Of a DNA stretch of 64,000 bases, positions 42,238 to 51,761 are shown piece by piece. Source of the stretch: a virus; the IMG/VR virus record IMGVR_UViG_3300046535_001092, positions 1-64,000 of that record; one strand, written 5' to 3'. Each line of letters opens with the position of its first letter. Position 1 is the stretch's first letter. The translations under genes were made by a program, and so were the position numbers. A model generated the notes under the pieces. That model saw only the letters and a program-made list of their open reading frames with translations. It had not been told where the DNA came from and did not search any database.

Positions 42238-43447
42238 GCCTAGATGGGAACCTAGATATAGTGGCCCTAAAAAGAGTGGAATCTGTGTTTGTGGTCACTC
42301 TTGGGAAGATCACCATCTAGGTATAGTTATGAACTCAGACTATGCAAGAGAGACACAAGAAGGGTATATACCCCAAGAGTGTGAGTTCTTTGGATTTAAC
42401 GAGAGTGGCGGATTAGATGATAAGGGTAACTATCATTGTGGTAGTTATAAGGATGTGGGAGTAGAAAATGGTTAATTATGTCTATTTGAGTTTGGCTATT
42501 GCTGCTGGTATGGTCCTAGAGGCCCTAATTCTAGGTGCTATCGGTGCAAGCTTTAGATATTGGCAGTGGAGACGGTCTGAGCCACAGCGCAAGCTAATGG
42601 AAGAGAAGATGAGACAGTATTTGGAACAGGCAAGCAAGGCTGCAAGTGAGCAGGACGATCTGCCCCTATTCCCAACCTCAGGCTCTGTGAACTAACATGA
42701 ACTTCAACTCCAGTGGGCGTATTAAGACCTCTGTCTTAGCTAAGATGGCTAGGTTGAATGCATCTGTCTTGAGAGAAGATGGTAGGATTGAGAGGATGTG
42801 CAATCATGGGATTGGTCATACTGTTGGCAATGCTGCTGATACTCCTAGAGGTGAGTACTTCTGGAGCCATGGCTGCGACGGCTGTTGTACAGGATGGGAG
42901 AAGGATGATGGGACAGTCTATGAGGCTCTTCAACCTACTGAGGACTGAGGATGTCTCGGGTGTGAGTGGAGTGGGAAGGGTAGCTCAAGGAGTGCAATTC
43001 CATGATGGTCAGTGTGTTGTCTCATGGTTTGGGGTCTATCATAGTATAGAGGTACATCCCAATATTGAGACTGTAGAGAAGGTTCATGGACATGAAGGAA
43101 AGACTAAGGTTGAATGGTTAGACTAACATCCCCCTGAGCAGGGGGTTAACCGATGGGTGAGGTGTAACTATTGATTATAGTTGCTATTATCGTGGCGGTG
43201 ATTGGATTGAGAGTGGTGTTGGAGTATAGAGGAAAGATATAATGCAGTATAAGATAGTTTATACACATGGATCATGGTATACGTTTCCATATGAAGTGTA
43301 TAGAAAGTATAGTTTTGGGTGGGCTATAGTTAACACTTACCTTACTCTAAAAGGAGCCAAGCGTAAGGTAGCTAAGATCGCTAGAGAAGAAGCTAAAAAG
43401 AGTGGTAAGGACTCTGACAGTGAAACTATATGGGAAGGGGTTATCGT

Positions 43448-43621
43448 ATGAGATTAAAGGTTAGTAGAGACAGTAATCGTAAGGCGTATCTAAGGGTTCC
43501 ACGCTCACTTCTACGTAAGATTGGAGTTAAGAATGGAGACACCATTAAGGCCGAGTATGTTCAGTATAGCCTGCCGCATCCTTCAATTGGACCTGGCTAC
43601 ATCACTATCTTTAGAAAGTAA
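43448..43621 (+). CDS. AbrB/MazE/SpoVT-like DNA-binding protein
   Basis: AYLRVPRSLLRKIGVKNGDTI. Confidence 0.65.
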   Translation: MRLKVSRDSNRKAYLRVPRSLLRKIGVKNGDTIKAEYVQYSLPHPSIGPGYITIFRK

Positions 43622-43629
43622 GGTATCTA

Positions 43630-43791
43630 ATGAACGCTAAGGTTAAGCTCGACTACAAGACAGGGGAGTACTATTTAGTACTCCCTCCAGAGGTTGTTAA
43701 TCTCCTTAAGTGGGGAGATGGGACTAAGCTTGTAGTGGATGTCCCTACTACACATAAGGATCAGATTGTGGTACATAGATATGGTAGCTGA
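43630..43791 (+). CDS. Second AbrB/MazE/SpoVT-like protein (53 aa, not in ORF track)
   Basis: Manual translation MNAKVKLDYKTGEYYLVLPPEVVNLLKWGDGTKLVVDVPTTHKDQIVVHRYGS. Confidence 0.6.
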   Translation: MNAKVKLDYKTGEYYLVLPPEVVNLLKWGDGTKLVVDVPTTHKDQIVVHRYGS

Positions 43792-44146
43792 GTTTATCCT
43801 TAAGTATAATGACGGAAGGGAGGCTATGAGGTTTGCCTTCCACCCTAGGTCATTCTTTAGATGGTTAGCTACTCCTGGACAGGAGATTATCTGTGAGGAT
43901 GGATATAAGATTAATGAGATTAGTACTATGTGCCATACACCCCTACAAAGCTCTCTTATAACAGAGTATATACCTGAAGATCCTGAAGATGATTGGAGAG
44001 ACTATTAATGTCTAAATCCTTATGTCCTACATGTAAATTACCGATTAAAAAGGGTGACATCCACGGTATAATGGATGCATCTTATTCTATCTACTGTATA
44101 GTGTCTATGATTACTACAAATCCTAAGAAACTAGGAGTTATTAAGA

Positions 44147-44374
44147 GTGAGTAGACATAAATATGAGGTGTGGTGTAAGGAGTGTGGCTGCATCATGTCT
44201 AAGAGAGAAGGGAAGTATGGACAATTCTACGGTTGCACGGGCTATCCTAGATGCAGGAATACGAGAACTCTTAGGGACGCTGAGGTTGAGGAGACTGAAG
44301 AAGATCAATCGCGTCTACGATCAAGGCTGGAGCGTATGGATGACCTCGACACAAATGAAGGAGAAGAAAGATGA
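44147..44374 (+). CDS. Topoisomerase-type C4 zinc-ribbon protein
   Basis: CKECG..M..REGKYGQFYGCTGYPRC. Confidence 0.8.
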   Translation: MSRHKYEVWCKECGCIMSKREGKYGQFYGCTGYPRCRNTRTLRDAEVEETEEDQSRLRSRLERMDDLDTNEGEER

Positions 44375-44551
44375 TAGACGTTACACAGAAGATTATTGAC
44401 CTCGCCATCAAGCGTGACATAGAAGGTATGAAGAACACATTAGAGATGGCTGGATGGGATCAGATCTCCGTGGAGGGCTTTCTAATCGGCTTCACCCGTG
44501 GTCAGTGGCGAGCTTCCTACCCCCTAGAAGTCTACTTTCAAGGAGCATCAA

Positions 44552-44980
44552 ATGTCTGAGTCCCGCCCCCCTGACGACACCCCGCGCCCGAGTGATGGTG
44601 ATTCGATGGCGTCTGCCGAATATCCGAATAAGGCAGTCCGGTTGGCTCACGAGCCGACCGCGTGTAAAGCGCCCATCGAGTCGCCTTCCATCGCCCCTGA
44701 CGACACCCCCACACGCCTCGATGAGATAGAGAAGCGGTGGCAAGATCAGGCCGACATCAATACCGACGTGCAATTCCTGCTGGCCGAAGTCTCCCGTCTC
44801 CGCGAGGCAGGAAATGAAATAGCTAAGGAGCTACATGCGGCTATCAATGAGCCCATGTATGCCGGGACTCGGCGGGATTGGATATGGAGAGCACAAACAG
44901 CCGAGGCCGAAGTCTCCCGTCTCCAGCAGGAGAATGCCAGACTGTCTGACATCCTTGAACGTTACAGCATCGAAGACTAG
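44552..44980 (+). CDS. GC-rich modular hypothetical protein with internal repeats
   Basis: PDDTP x2 and AEVSRL x2 encoded by exact DNA repeats; AAGGAG RBS. Confidence 0.6.
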   Translation: MSESRPPDDTPRPSDGDSMASAEYPNKAVRLAHEPTACKAPIESPSIAPDDTPTRLDEIEKRWQDQADINTDVQFLLAEVSRLREAGNEIAKELHAAINEPMYAGTRRDWIWRAQTAEAEVSRLQQENARLSDILERYSIED

Positions 44981-45264
44981 GCTGAGGTGCCTGCCCCCGC
45001 AGGGGGCGAGGTGCATCAGCCGGGTCGCCCTCTCATCCTTACCCCACCCGCTCCGCAGCGTGGGGGGTCTGGGGGGAGCGGAGAAAGCTGGGGGGTACTT
45101 AGGGGGGTTTGAGTGAGTTAACTCACACAGTAGGGGTGATGGGTCACCCATCAGTGCTGCATGCCCTTTGTTTGCAGAGAGTTGTGGGTGATGGGTCACC
45201 CCTCAAAATGCTGATGTAACTCAAAGTGTACTGCGCAGTCGACACCACAACATATGGTGGTTTG

Positions 45265-45293
45265 TTGACATCTGTGGATGGTCGTGCTATCGT
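45265..45293 (+). promoter_or_regulatory. Sigma70-type promoter of replication module
   Basis: TTGACA-17 nt-TATCGT with extended TGn. Confidence 0.6.
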
Positions 45294-45373
45294 TTGAAAT
45301 TCGGAATTTGTAAAGATGTAAATATGCCAAATCAACCTATCGTTATCAACGTTCGACAAAGTGGGGAGAATGA

Positions 45374-46351
45374 TTGGCAGATACTAAAAGGTTTCTCACC
45401 CTTGATGACTTGACACATATGCCTCAACCTCAATGGCTTATCGAAGGTCTCTTCGAAGTTAATGGTTTGGTAATGTTGGCTGGTCCTCCAGGTAACTATA
45501 AGTCCTTCTTGGCCTTAGACTGGCTTCTTTGTATGTCCACGGGACTCAAGTGGTGTAACAGATTGACTACACCGGCAAAGACCCTATATGTGTTAGGTGA
45601 GGGTAAGGCATCATTGCTAAAGAGAATGGAGACATGGATCACCTACAATGACCTAGGAGAGCGAGAGATGGAGAGGCTAAAGGAGAACTTCAGAGTCACC
45701 TTTAATGTGCCTCAGATGGCATCCAAGGCCTCCACAGATAACCTCCTGAATGACTTAGAGAATGAGAACTTCCATCCCTCTGTCATCGTAATTGATACCT
45801 TCGCTAGGTCGTTCGTAGGCCTCGACGAAAATAGTCAAAAGGATACCGGCTTATGGATTGAGAGTGCTGAGCGTCTAAGGGAAAAGGGGATGGCTGTGAT
45901 ATTCCTACACCATACCAAGAAGAATATGGATTATGGCCTCCAGTATCGTGGTTCGTCTGCTATAATGGGAGCCATGGACACAGCTATGGTCCTATCTAAG
46001 GATGGTCAATCAGCTAGGGTTGTTCTTAAGGTTGTGAAGCAGAAGGACCATGAGGAAGCTAAGCCTATGACCTTCATTAGACAGGTCATTGGATCGTCTA
46101 GAGAAGAGGGATCAGTTGTGCTAGTCCCTGCCCCCTCTATTGACGAGAGGTTTACTGTCGAGGGTCAGCATATTGATGAGGTTATCAAGCAATTAATTAG
46201 AGATGATACCTTCGAATCCGATCGAGCTAGAAGTCGTATCCTAGTCACAAGTTATGGGTTTACTGATAGTGCTGCCCAAAGTCGAGTAGCAGCCATGAAG
46301 AAACGAATGGAGAAGGAGAAGGATAATGAGCAAGCCCTTGTCACCAGATGA
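45374..46351 (+). CDS. RepA/AAA_25-type replicative helicase
   Basis: WLIEGL, GPPGNYKSFLALD, GEG, VIVIDT, DEN, LHHT, RGSSA, KQKD. Confidence 0.85.
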   Translation: MADTKRFLTLDDLTHMPQPQWLIEGLFEVNGLVMLAGPPGNYKSFLALDWLLCMSTGLKWCNRLTTPAKTLYVLGEGKASLLKRMETWITYNDLGEREMERLKENFRVTFNVPQMASKASTDNLLNDLENENFHPSVIVIDTFARSFVGLDENSQKDTGLWIESAERLREKGMAVIFLHHTKKNMDYGLQYRGSSAIMGAMDTAMVLSKDGQSARVVLKVVKQKDHEEAKPMTFIRQVIGSSREEGSVVLVPAPSIDERFTVEGQHIDEVIKQLIRDDTFESDRARSRILVTSYGFTDSAAQSRVAAMKKRMEKEKDNEQALVTR

Positions 46352-46459
46352 CCTAGATTGTCCTGACTGTGGAACGAAGATGAAGCATAAGTTTACTACG
46401 ACCTTTTGGACCCGCCACGATACTTATCAGTGTCCTAAATGTGGCAGATGGGAGATGAG

Positions 46460-46786
46460 ATGAGTAAACACTACGTAAAGCCTGAGAGTTGCCGCCCCCC
46501 TCATAAGGTCACACACCCTGAAGCCGTAGATGACCTATATGAGTCTATTCTAAATGAGGGATGGAGGGTGGGAGCACCCTCCCTAGTAGGCTACATTGAT
46601 GACCATAAGATTCAGCTCCTAAGTGGCACACATCGGCATGCAGCTGCCTCTAGAATTAGTGGGTTCAGGATTCCAGTCTATATCATCAACAAGTCAGCCG
46701 TTCAACATTCTGTAGGCAATCCACTAGCGTGGAAGAGAATCATGGAGTTAGGTGATGAAGAAGGAACAATGGGAATCTTTAGTTAA
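46460..46786 (+). CDS. ParB/Srx-like domain protein
   Basis: L.ESI..EGW..P..LLSGTHR.AA. Confidence 0.6.
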   Translation: MSKHYVKPESCRPPHKVTHPEAVDDLYESILNEGWRVGAPSLVGYIDDHKIQLLSGTHRHAAASRISGFRIPVYIINKSAVQHSVGNPLAWKRIMELGDEEGTMGIFS

Positions 46787-46834
46787 GCTAGTTCTAGCTT
46801 TCCTAGTGGGTAACGTTCTCGGTCAAGCATTAGT

Positions 46835-47983
46835 ATGGGGGATAAAGTATTGGAAATAAAGCAGCTTAGGCTATATTCTAAGTCAAGTGTTGGGGTGGAT
46901 TGGACCTGTCCTCGTAAGTACTACTATAACTATGAGTATGAAGGTAAGGGGATTGTCTCGCATAGTACGTCTTTGCAGTTATTCACTGGTACTAGCTTGC
47001 ATGATGGGCTGGCTGCTATTGCACTACAGCACATGGCTGGCTCTGTGGATATCGATCTTATTGGTGAGACTGCTCGGCAGCAGATGCTTGAGGCCCTCCT
47101 TCCTAAGACCCAAGGTGAAGTAGATGGTGAGGAATTTGCTATGGAGCAAGCTGCCCTTGTAGAGGGTCTCCTTAGGGGATTCTATTTGCATGCATGGCCC
47201 TTACTTATGCAGCAGTATCCTAATATTAAGATGCTTGAACAGCCCCTTGTGTATAAGCATGACGGGGTAGGGATGATGGCTAAACCAGACATTGTCCTCT
47301 CAGATAACGATGGAATCAATGTCTATGTCGAATATAAGTCTACGTCTAGTAAGAAAGATACATGGATTAATAGCTGGGATACTGCTATCCAGCTCCATTC
47401 TACTGTCAAAGCTATTGAAGCAAAGTTAGGAGAGAAGGTTGAAAGTGTCATTGTCCAAGGGCTTTATAAGGGTTATGAAAGCTACGGTAAGCAATCGTCT
47501 CCGTTCTGCTACGCATACAAACGCAACGGTAACCCTCCATTCACGCAGGATCAATACGAGTATGCTTACAAGGCCGGGTTCAAGCGGTACCCGACGTGGC
47601 AGCTTCCAGGCGGAGTGAAGGAGTGGGTGGAGACTATGCCCTCCCACGTCTTAGCTGAACAGTTCCCTCAAACTCCTCCTATCTTCATCAATGAACCATT
47701 GATTGAGGCCTTCTTTAAGCAGAGAGCCATCAGGGAACATGAGATTCTTACTGCCTCCCAACTTATGGAGAAGTATAAGGATGATCCTGGTCAGGTCCAA
47801 TACGAACTTGATAGAGTCTTCCCGCAGAAGTTTGACCAATGTCGTCCATCCTTTGGCTCCCCCTGCTCCTACCTTAAGTTGTGTCATGGGAGTGTGCAGG
47901 ATCCTATCGCACAGGGCTACAGTTGGAGAGACACCGAGCATCAGAGTGAGTTTAGAAAGATTGCAGAAGGGATGACAGACTAA
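46835..47983 (+). CDS. PD-(D/E)xK exonuclease (RecB/Cas4-like)
   Basis: CPRKYY, GTSLHDGL, KPDIV, VEYKST, QL, C-terminal C..C..C. Confidence 0.8.
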   Translation: MGDKVLEIKQLRLYSKSSVGVDWTCPRKYYYNYEYEGKGIVSHSTSLQLFTGTSLHDGLAAIALQHMAGSVDIDLIGETARQQMLEALLPKTQGEVDGEEFAMEQAALVEGLLRGFYLHAWPLLMQQYPNIKMLEQPLVYKHDGVGMMAKPDIVLSDNDGINVYVEYKSTSSKKDTWINSWDTAIQLHSTVKAIEAKLGEKVESVIVQGLYKGYESYGKQSSPFCYAYKRNGNPPFTQDQYEYAYKAGFKRYPTWQLPGGVKEWVETMPSHVLAEQFPQTPPIFINEPLIEAFFKQRAIREHEILTASQLMEKYKDDPGQVQYELDRVFPQKFDQCRPSFGSPCSYLKLCHGSVQDPIAQGYSWRDTEHQSEFRKIAEGMTD

Positions 47984-47984
47984 G

Positions 47985-48470
47985 ATGCCTACTATTGCAG
48001 AGCTATTTACTGTAGGGTTTCCTGCAGTTCTTCAAAATATGAAGGGTGGAAGGAGATGGGTTGACCGTGACCTAGAGGCCCTCCAACAGCGTGGGAGAAT
48101 CCTCCTCCTGCATCATCTAGGTATTCATGTAGAGCTATATAATGATAGGGGACCTAATAGAATCTATCCAATAGTAGAAGTTAGAGTCCCTATTGTGTGG
48201 ACTAAGAGGGATGACAATCAGACTGATAATGAGATTATCAGTCTTACCGCTCGGCTAATTGAGAATGGTATACACTCCCATGATGATATCCTCCTGGAGA
48301 GAATTAGGAATCATAGGGCATATGTAGCTGAGCAATATCGCTACATGATCTCTCAACCTGTAGAGGTTGAGGGTACTAATGGAGGTATTATGTGCATGCT
48401 ATCTACAGCTGCAGCCTTTGTCCCAGATGAGACCTCCCTAGACATACCAGAAGAATTTGAGGATTACTAA
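47985..48470 (+). CDS. Internally deleted paralog of the major capsid protein
   Basis: Collinear matches to MCP 6110-7057: PAVL, WV, LG.H.E, YP..VP.VWTK.DD, EN.I..HDD, QY. Confidence 0.8.
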   Translation: MPTIAELFTVGFPAVLQNMKGGRRWVDRDLEALQQRGRILLLHHLGIHVELYNDRGPNRIYPIVEVRVPIVWTKRDDNQTDNEIISLTARLIENGIHSHDDILLERIRNHRAYVAEQYRYMISQPVEVEGTNGGIMCMLSTAAAFVPDETSLDIPEEFEDY

Positions 48471-48772
48471 TGTCACCAAACCGTAACTATATCGCAGGGA
48501 GAGCGTTTGAGTATAAGATCATGGCTCAATGGAAGGCTAAAGATAATATTGTCATGCGAACTGCTGGCAGTCATGGGCCTTTTGACGTTATTGCTATTGA
48601 CCCAGGACATGTTTGTACCCTGATCCAATGCAAAAGGGTCGCTAAGATGGGTCAGGCTAATGCTCTTATTGAGAAGTGGAAGACCAATCCCCCTATCAAA
48701 CAGGGGAACTATCATTTGTGTCTGGAGGTATATGTGAGTGAGGATAGGGAGCAGATGAGGGTGGTGCTATGA
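48470..48772 (+). CDS. Holliday junction resolvase (Hjc-like)
   Basis: GRAFEY, RTAGSHGPFDVIA, LIQCK. Confidence 0.85.
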   Translation: MSPNRNYIAGRAFEYKIMAQWKAKDNIVMRTAGSHGPFDVIAIDPGHVCTLIQCKRVAKMGQANALIEKWKTNPPIKQGNYHLCLEVYVSEDREQMRVVL

Positions 48773-48814
48773 TTAAAGGTATATTATTTGTTATAGCTGT
48801 AGTAGTGTGGGTTT

Positions 48815-49768
48815 ATGTCTTGGTTACTGGAATTGATGGTGAGGAGTCAGATGTTTAAGTTTATTATGAGTAGAGTTGGGTTAGAAGTGTTGGGTGGGGT
48901 TGCGGCTACTGTGTTAGGTGTGTGGCTACACTCCCACTTTGGACCTGTTGCTATGCAGGTTGTGCAGACCACTCCCACAGTTCAGACAGTGTATGTGGAT
49001 AGACCTACTATTGACACTAAGGTGGTTAATCAGGTAGTGAAGGACCCTAAGGAACAGGCTATCATTAAGGAACTATTGTCAGAGAATAGGGCTTTGAAGG
49101 TGACTGTTACCACACTTACTGATACTGTGGCTGAGCTTAAACAGACAGGCGGGACTACGAATGGTGGGGTGATTACCCCTGTTCCAGTGGACACTGCTGC
49201 AACAGAACCACTTCCTGCCCATCCCCTGTTCAACTTTAAGGATTGGCAGTTATCAGCCACCTATAATGATATTCAGTTTAGTTACACTCTAGATCAGAAG
49301 TTTCATATCATCTCCACAACTGGTAGGGAGGTTGATGGTAGGAAGGTTAGTATTGTACAGTTGTTCCAGGAGGGGCCTAATGGGGAGAGGCTAGCTATCC
49401 CGGCCACCACTACAGCCATTCAGTCTGACCTAACTACTAACCATTGGATGTTCAATCCTAGAATCCAGGGTGGATTGGCTCTTACCTTTAAGGATAAAGT
49501 TAATGAGGCAGGTGGAATCGTAGGCCTACAGTGGCTCAAGTATGGTAAGGGATCATCTGCCGAGGATGTCTCCCTCTCTCTGCTCACACCTACAGTGTTC
49601 CTGTCTAAGTCTATTAGGGAGCTAGGGGTTATGCCTATCTCATATAATCTAGGTCAACTCCCTCATCAGCCCTTCACCAACTTGTGGGTATCCCCATATA
49701 TCGGTGTAGTGGATAGCGGGGGTGTGGATATTAGTAGGGTTGGTGTGGTGCTAAGTGCTACATTCTAA
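48815..49768 (+). CDS. Membrane-anchored protein with coiled coil and C-terminal beta region
   Basis: N-terminal TM helix, coiled segment, amphipathic strands ending in F. Confidence 0.55.
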   Translation: MSWLLELMVRSQMFKFIMSRVGLEVLGGVAATVLGVWLHSHFGPVAMQVVQTTPTVQTVYVDRPTIDTKVVNQVVKDPKEQAIIKELLSENRALKVTVTTLTDTVAELKQTGGTTNGGVITPVPVDTAATEPLPAHPLFNFKDWQLSATYNDIQFSYTLDQKFHIISTTGREVDGRKVSIVQLFQEGPNGERLAIPATTTAIQSDLTTNHWMFNPRIQGGLALTFKDKVNEAGGIVGLQWLKYGKGSSAEDVSLSLLTPTVFLSKSIRELGVMPISYNLGQLPHQPFTNLWVSPYIGVVDSGGVDISRVGVVLSATF

Positions 49769-50235
49769 AGGAGAAAAAGGATGAACGAACTATTACAGGC
49801 GACGTTGGATTGGAAGAAGGCTAACCCAGACCCAGAGGATGACTTCTTCTTTGAGAAGGAAGCTCTAACATTAGGCCAGTGGAACACGGGATCTACTACA
49901 GACGAGGCTAGAACCATGACTTGGGGCTACCAATCCCCACACTACGAGGATATCACCAGGTCTACTAATCCCTTCTGGAGAAATACTCAGGTTGAGCCTC
50001 CTGGTCCTATTGTTCACCTTGACTGGTCTGGCTGGCGGGAGCGAGATAATCTTCCCGGCTTCAGAGGGAACTGGCAGGCAGTCCTACCAGACGGTGATCT
50101 AGTCAACTCTCCAGTAAACATTAGTGCTAGCGACTATAACAATGTTCCCTTTAGGGAGAGAGCCTATATGAATGCCTTTGAGATTGCTACTAACCTAGTT
50201 AGGGAAGCTTACCCTAATGCTAGAATCGGCTAAGA

Positions 50236-50265
50236 TTGACCCCCTAGCATGCGATGTGCTATAAT
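50236..50265 (+). promoter_or_regulatory. Sigma70-type promoter for protease cassette
   Basis: TTGACC-18 nt-TATAAT with extended TGn. Confidence 0.65.
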
Positions 50266-50301
50266 ATAGGTCTTTCGTTAACCTTAAGGAGATAGCTAAG
50301 A

Positions 50302-50628
50302 ATGAAGAAACTGTTTGTTATGTTGATGTTACTGGTAAGCACAGCTGTATGTGCTCAAAGTATGGTCGTTACTGGAAAGGTTACAAACCTAGTCGCTGTA
50401 GCAGTAACTACAGCCGAGGGAGATCAGGTTATTGAGACAGATGTTACAGTTGTCGATTCTAAGGGGAAGGGTACTACATTTAGGGTTAGAGGAGGAGATC
50501 TGAATGGCCTAACCTTAAGAGCTAGTTACGAACAGGTTCCCAAGAAGGGCGAGAATATGAAAGTTCACCTTGCTATGAAGAACGGTCACTATAGACTAGA
50601 GCATGGTCAACAGAGTGTGGAGAAGTAA
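50302..50628 (+). CDS. Secreted small beta protein coupled to metalloprotease
   Basis: Signal peptide MKKLFVMLMLLVSTAVCA; TAATG coupling to next gene. Confidence 0.7.
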   Translation: MKKLFVMLMLLVSTAVCAQSMVVTGKVTNLVAVAVTTAEGDQVIETDVTVVDSKGKGTTFRVRGGDLNGLTLRASYEQVPKKGENMKVHLAMKNGHYRLEHGQQSVEK

Positions 50629-51761
50629 TGTTTAAGAAACTACTACCGATTGCTATGCTCCTAAGCTGTGTCGTTGGGCTTGGGGCTTATGTCTCAAATG
50701 GTGTATTTTGGCCCAATGTTCCTGTAAAGTATTATATTAATACGGCTAATACTTCAGGAATGAATCCTGCCACAGTTGTCTCAGATATTCAGGCAGGAGG
50801 TAATGCTTGGGCTACACAGGCTAGCTCAGGTGCTACCCTATCTTATCAAGGTACAACAAGTGATCCTTGCACATTTGCTTATGATCAGAAGAATCATGTG
50901 TGCTTTAGGGTAGATTCTGGTGGGTGGATTGCTTATACCCAAATCTACACATTCACTGGTCAGACAGCTATTCTTGATGCTGATATGATTGTGAACACTA
51001 CCTATCCATTATTTACAGATGATCAACAATGTAATGGTGGATATTCTATTAAGAATACAGTTACACATGAGTTTGGACATCTGTTTGGTCTAGGTCACTC
51101 AGCTGATCCTACAGCTACAATGTATCCTACTGCTAATGCTTGTGAGACAAGCAAAGAGGTGCTATCAGCCGATGATATTGCTGGTATCCTTTCTCTATAC
51201 CCTACAGCTGGACCTCCTCCACCTGCTGCACCAGTCTTAACCTCTGTTTCTCCATCTAGTGGCGCTCAGGGTACTACAGTTCCAGTAACATTGAGTGGTT
51301 CTAACTTTGTTATTAGTGGGACCTCTCCAAATATTAGTGGTAGTGGAGTTACATTTAGCAATATTGTAGCAAATAACACTACATCTATGACGGCTAACTT
51401 TGTGATTAGCTCAGCAGCAGTTGCAGGTGCAAGAACAGTCACTGTAACCACATCAAGTGGAACGAGTGGAACACAGCCATTTACAGTCACGGTTCCTCCT
51501 CCACCATCTGCTCCAGCTACCCCATCTAACCCCTCACCTGCCAACATGGGTACGGTTAGACATAACTCCAACACTACTCTCACATGGGTTGCTGCGGGAG
51601 CTACCAGATACACAGTTGTACTTGATGGAGTTGCCCACGCAGTCACCCCCGCCAGTTATAAGGCCGGTAAGGTTAGCGTAGGAGTACATACATGGTCAGT
51701 TACAGCTACTAATAACACTGGTAGCACGAATGGTCCAACCTGGACATTTACATCTAACTAA
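50628..51761 (+). CDS. Secreted matrixin (M10) metalloprotease with IPT/TIG and Ig-like domains
   Basis: Signal peptide; HEFGHLFGLGHS; Met-turn ATMYP; LSADDIAG; PVLTSVSPSSG..VTLSGSNF. Confidence 0.9.
   Translation: MFKKLLPIAMLLSCVVGLGAYVSNGVFWPNVPVKYYINTANTSGMNPATVVSDIQAGGNAWATQASSGATLSYQGTTSDPCTFAYDQKNHVCFRVDSGGWIAYTQIYTFTGQTAILDADMIVNTTYPLFTDDQQCNGGYSIKNTVTHEFGHLFGLGHSADPTATMYPTANACETSKEVLSADDIAGILSLYPTAGPPPPAAPVLTSVSPSSGAQGTTVPVTLSGSNFVISGTSPNISGSGVTFSNIVANNTTSMTANFVISSAAVAGARTVTVTTSSGTSGTQPFTVTVPPPPSAPATPSNPSPANMGTVRHNSNTTLTWVAAGATRYTVVLDGVAHAVTPASYKAGKVSVGVHTWSVTATNNTGSTNGPTWTFTSN

Noticed and set aside
46835-47983. cas4 gene of a CRISPR system
   Set aside because: No other cas genes or array; context is the ordinary phage recombination module
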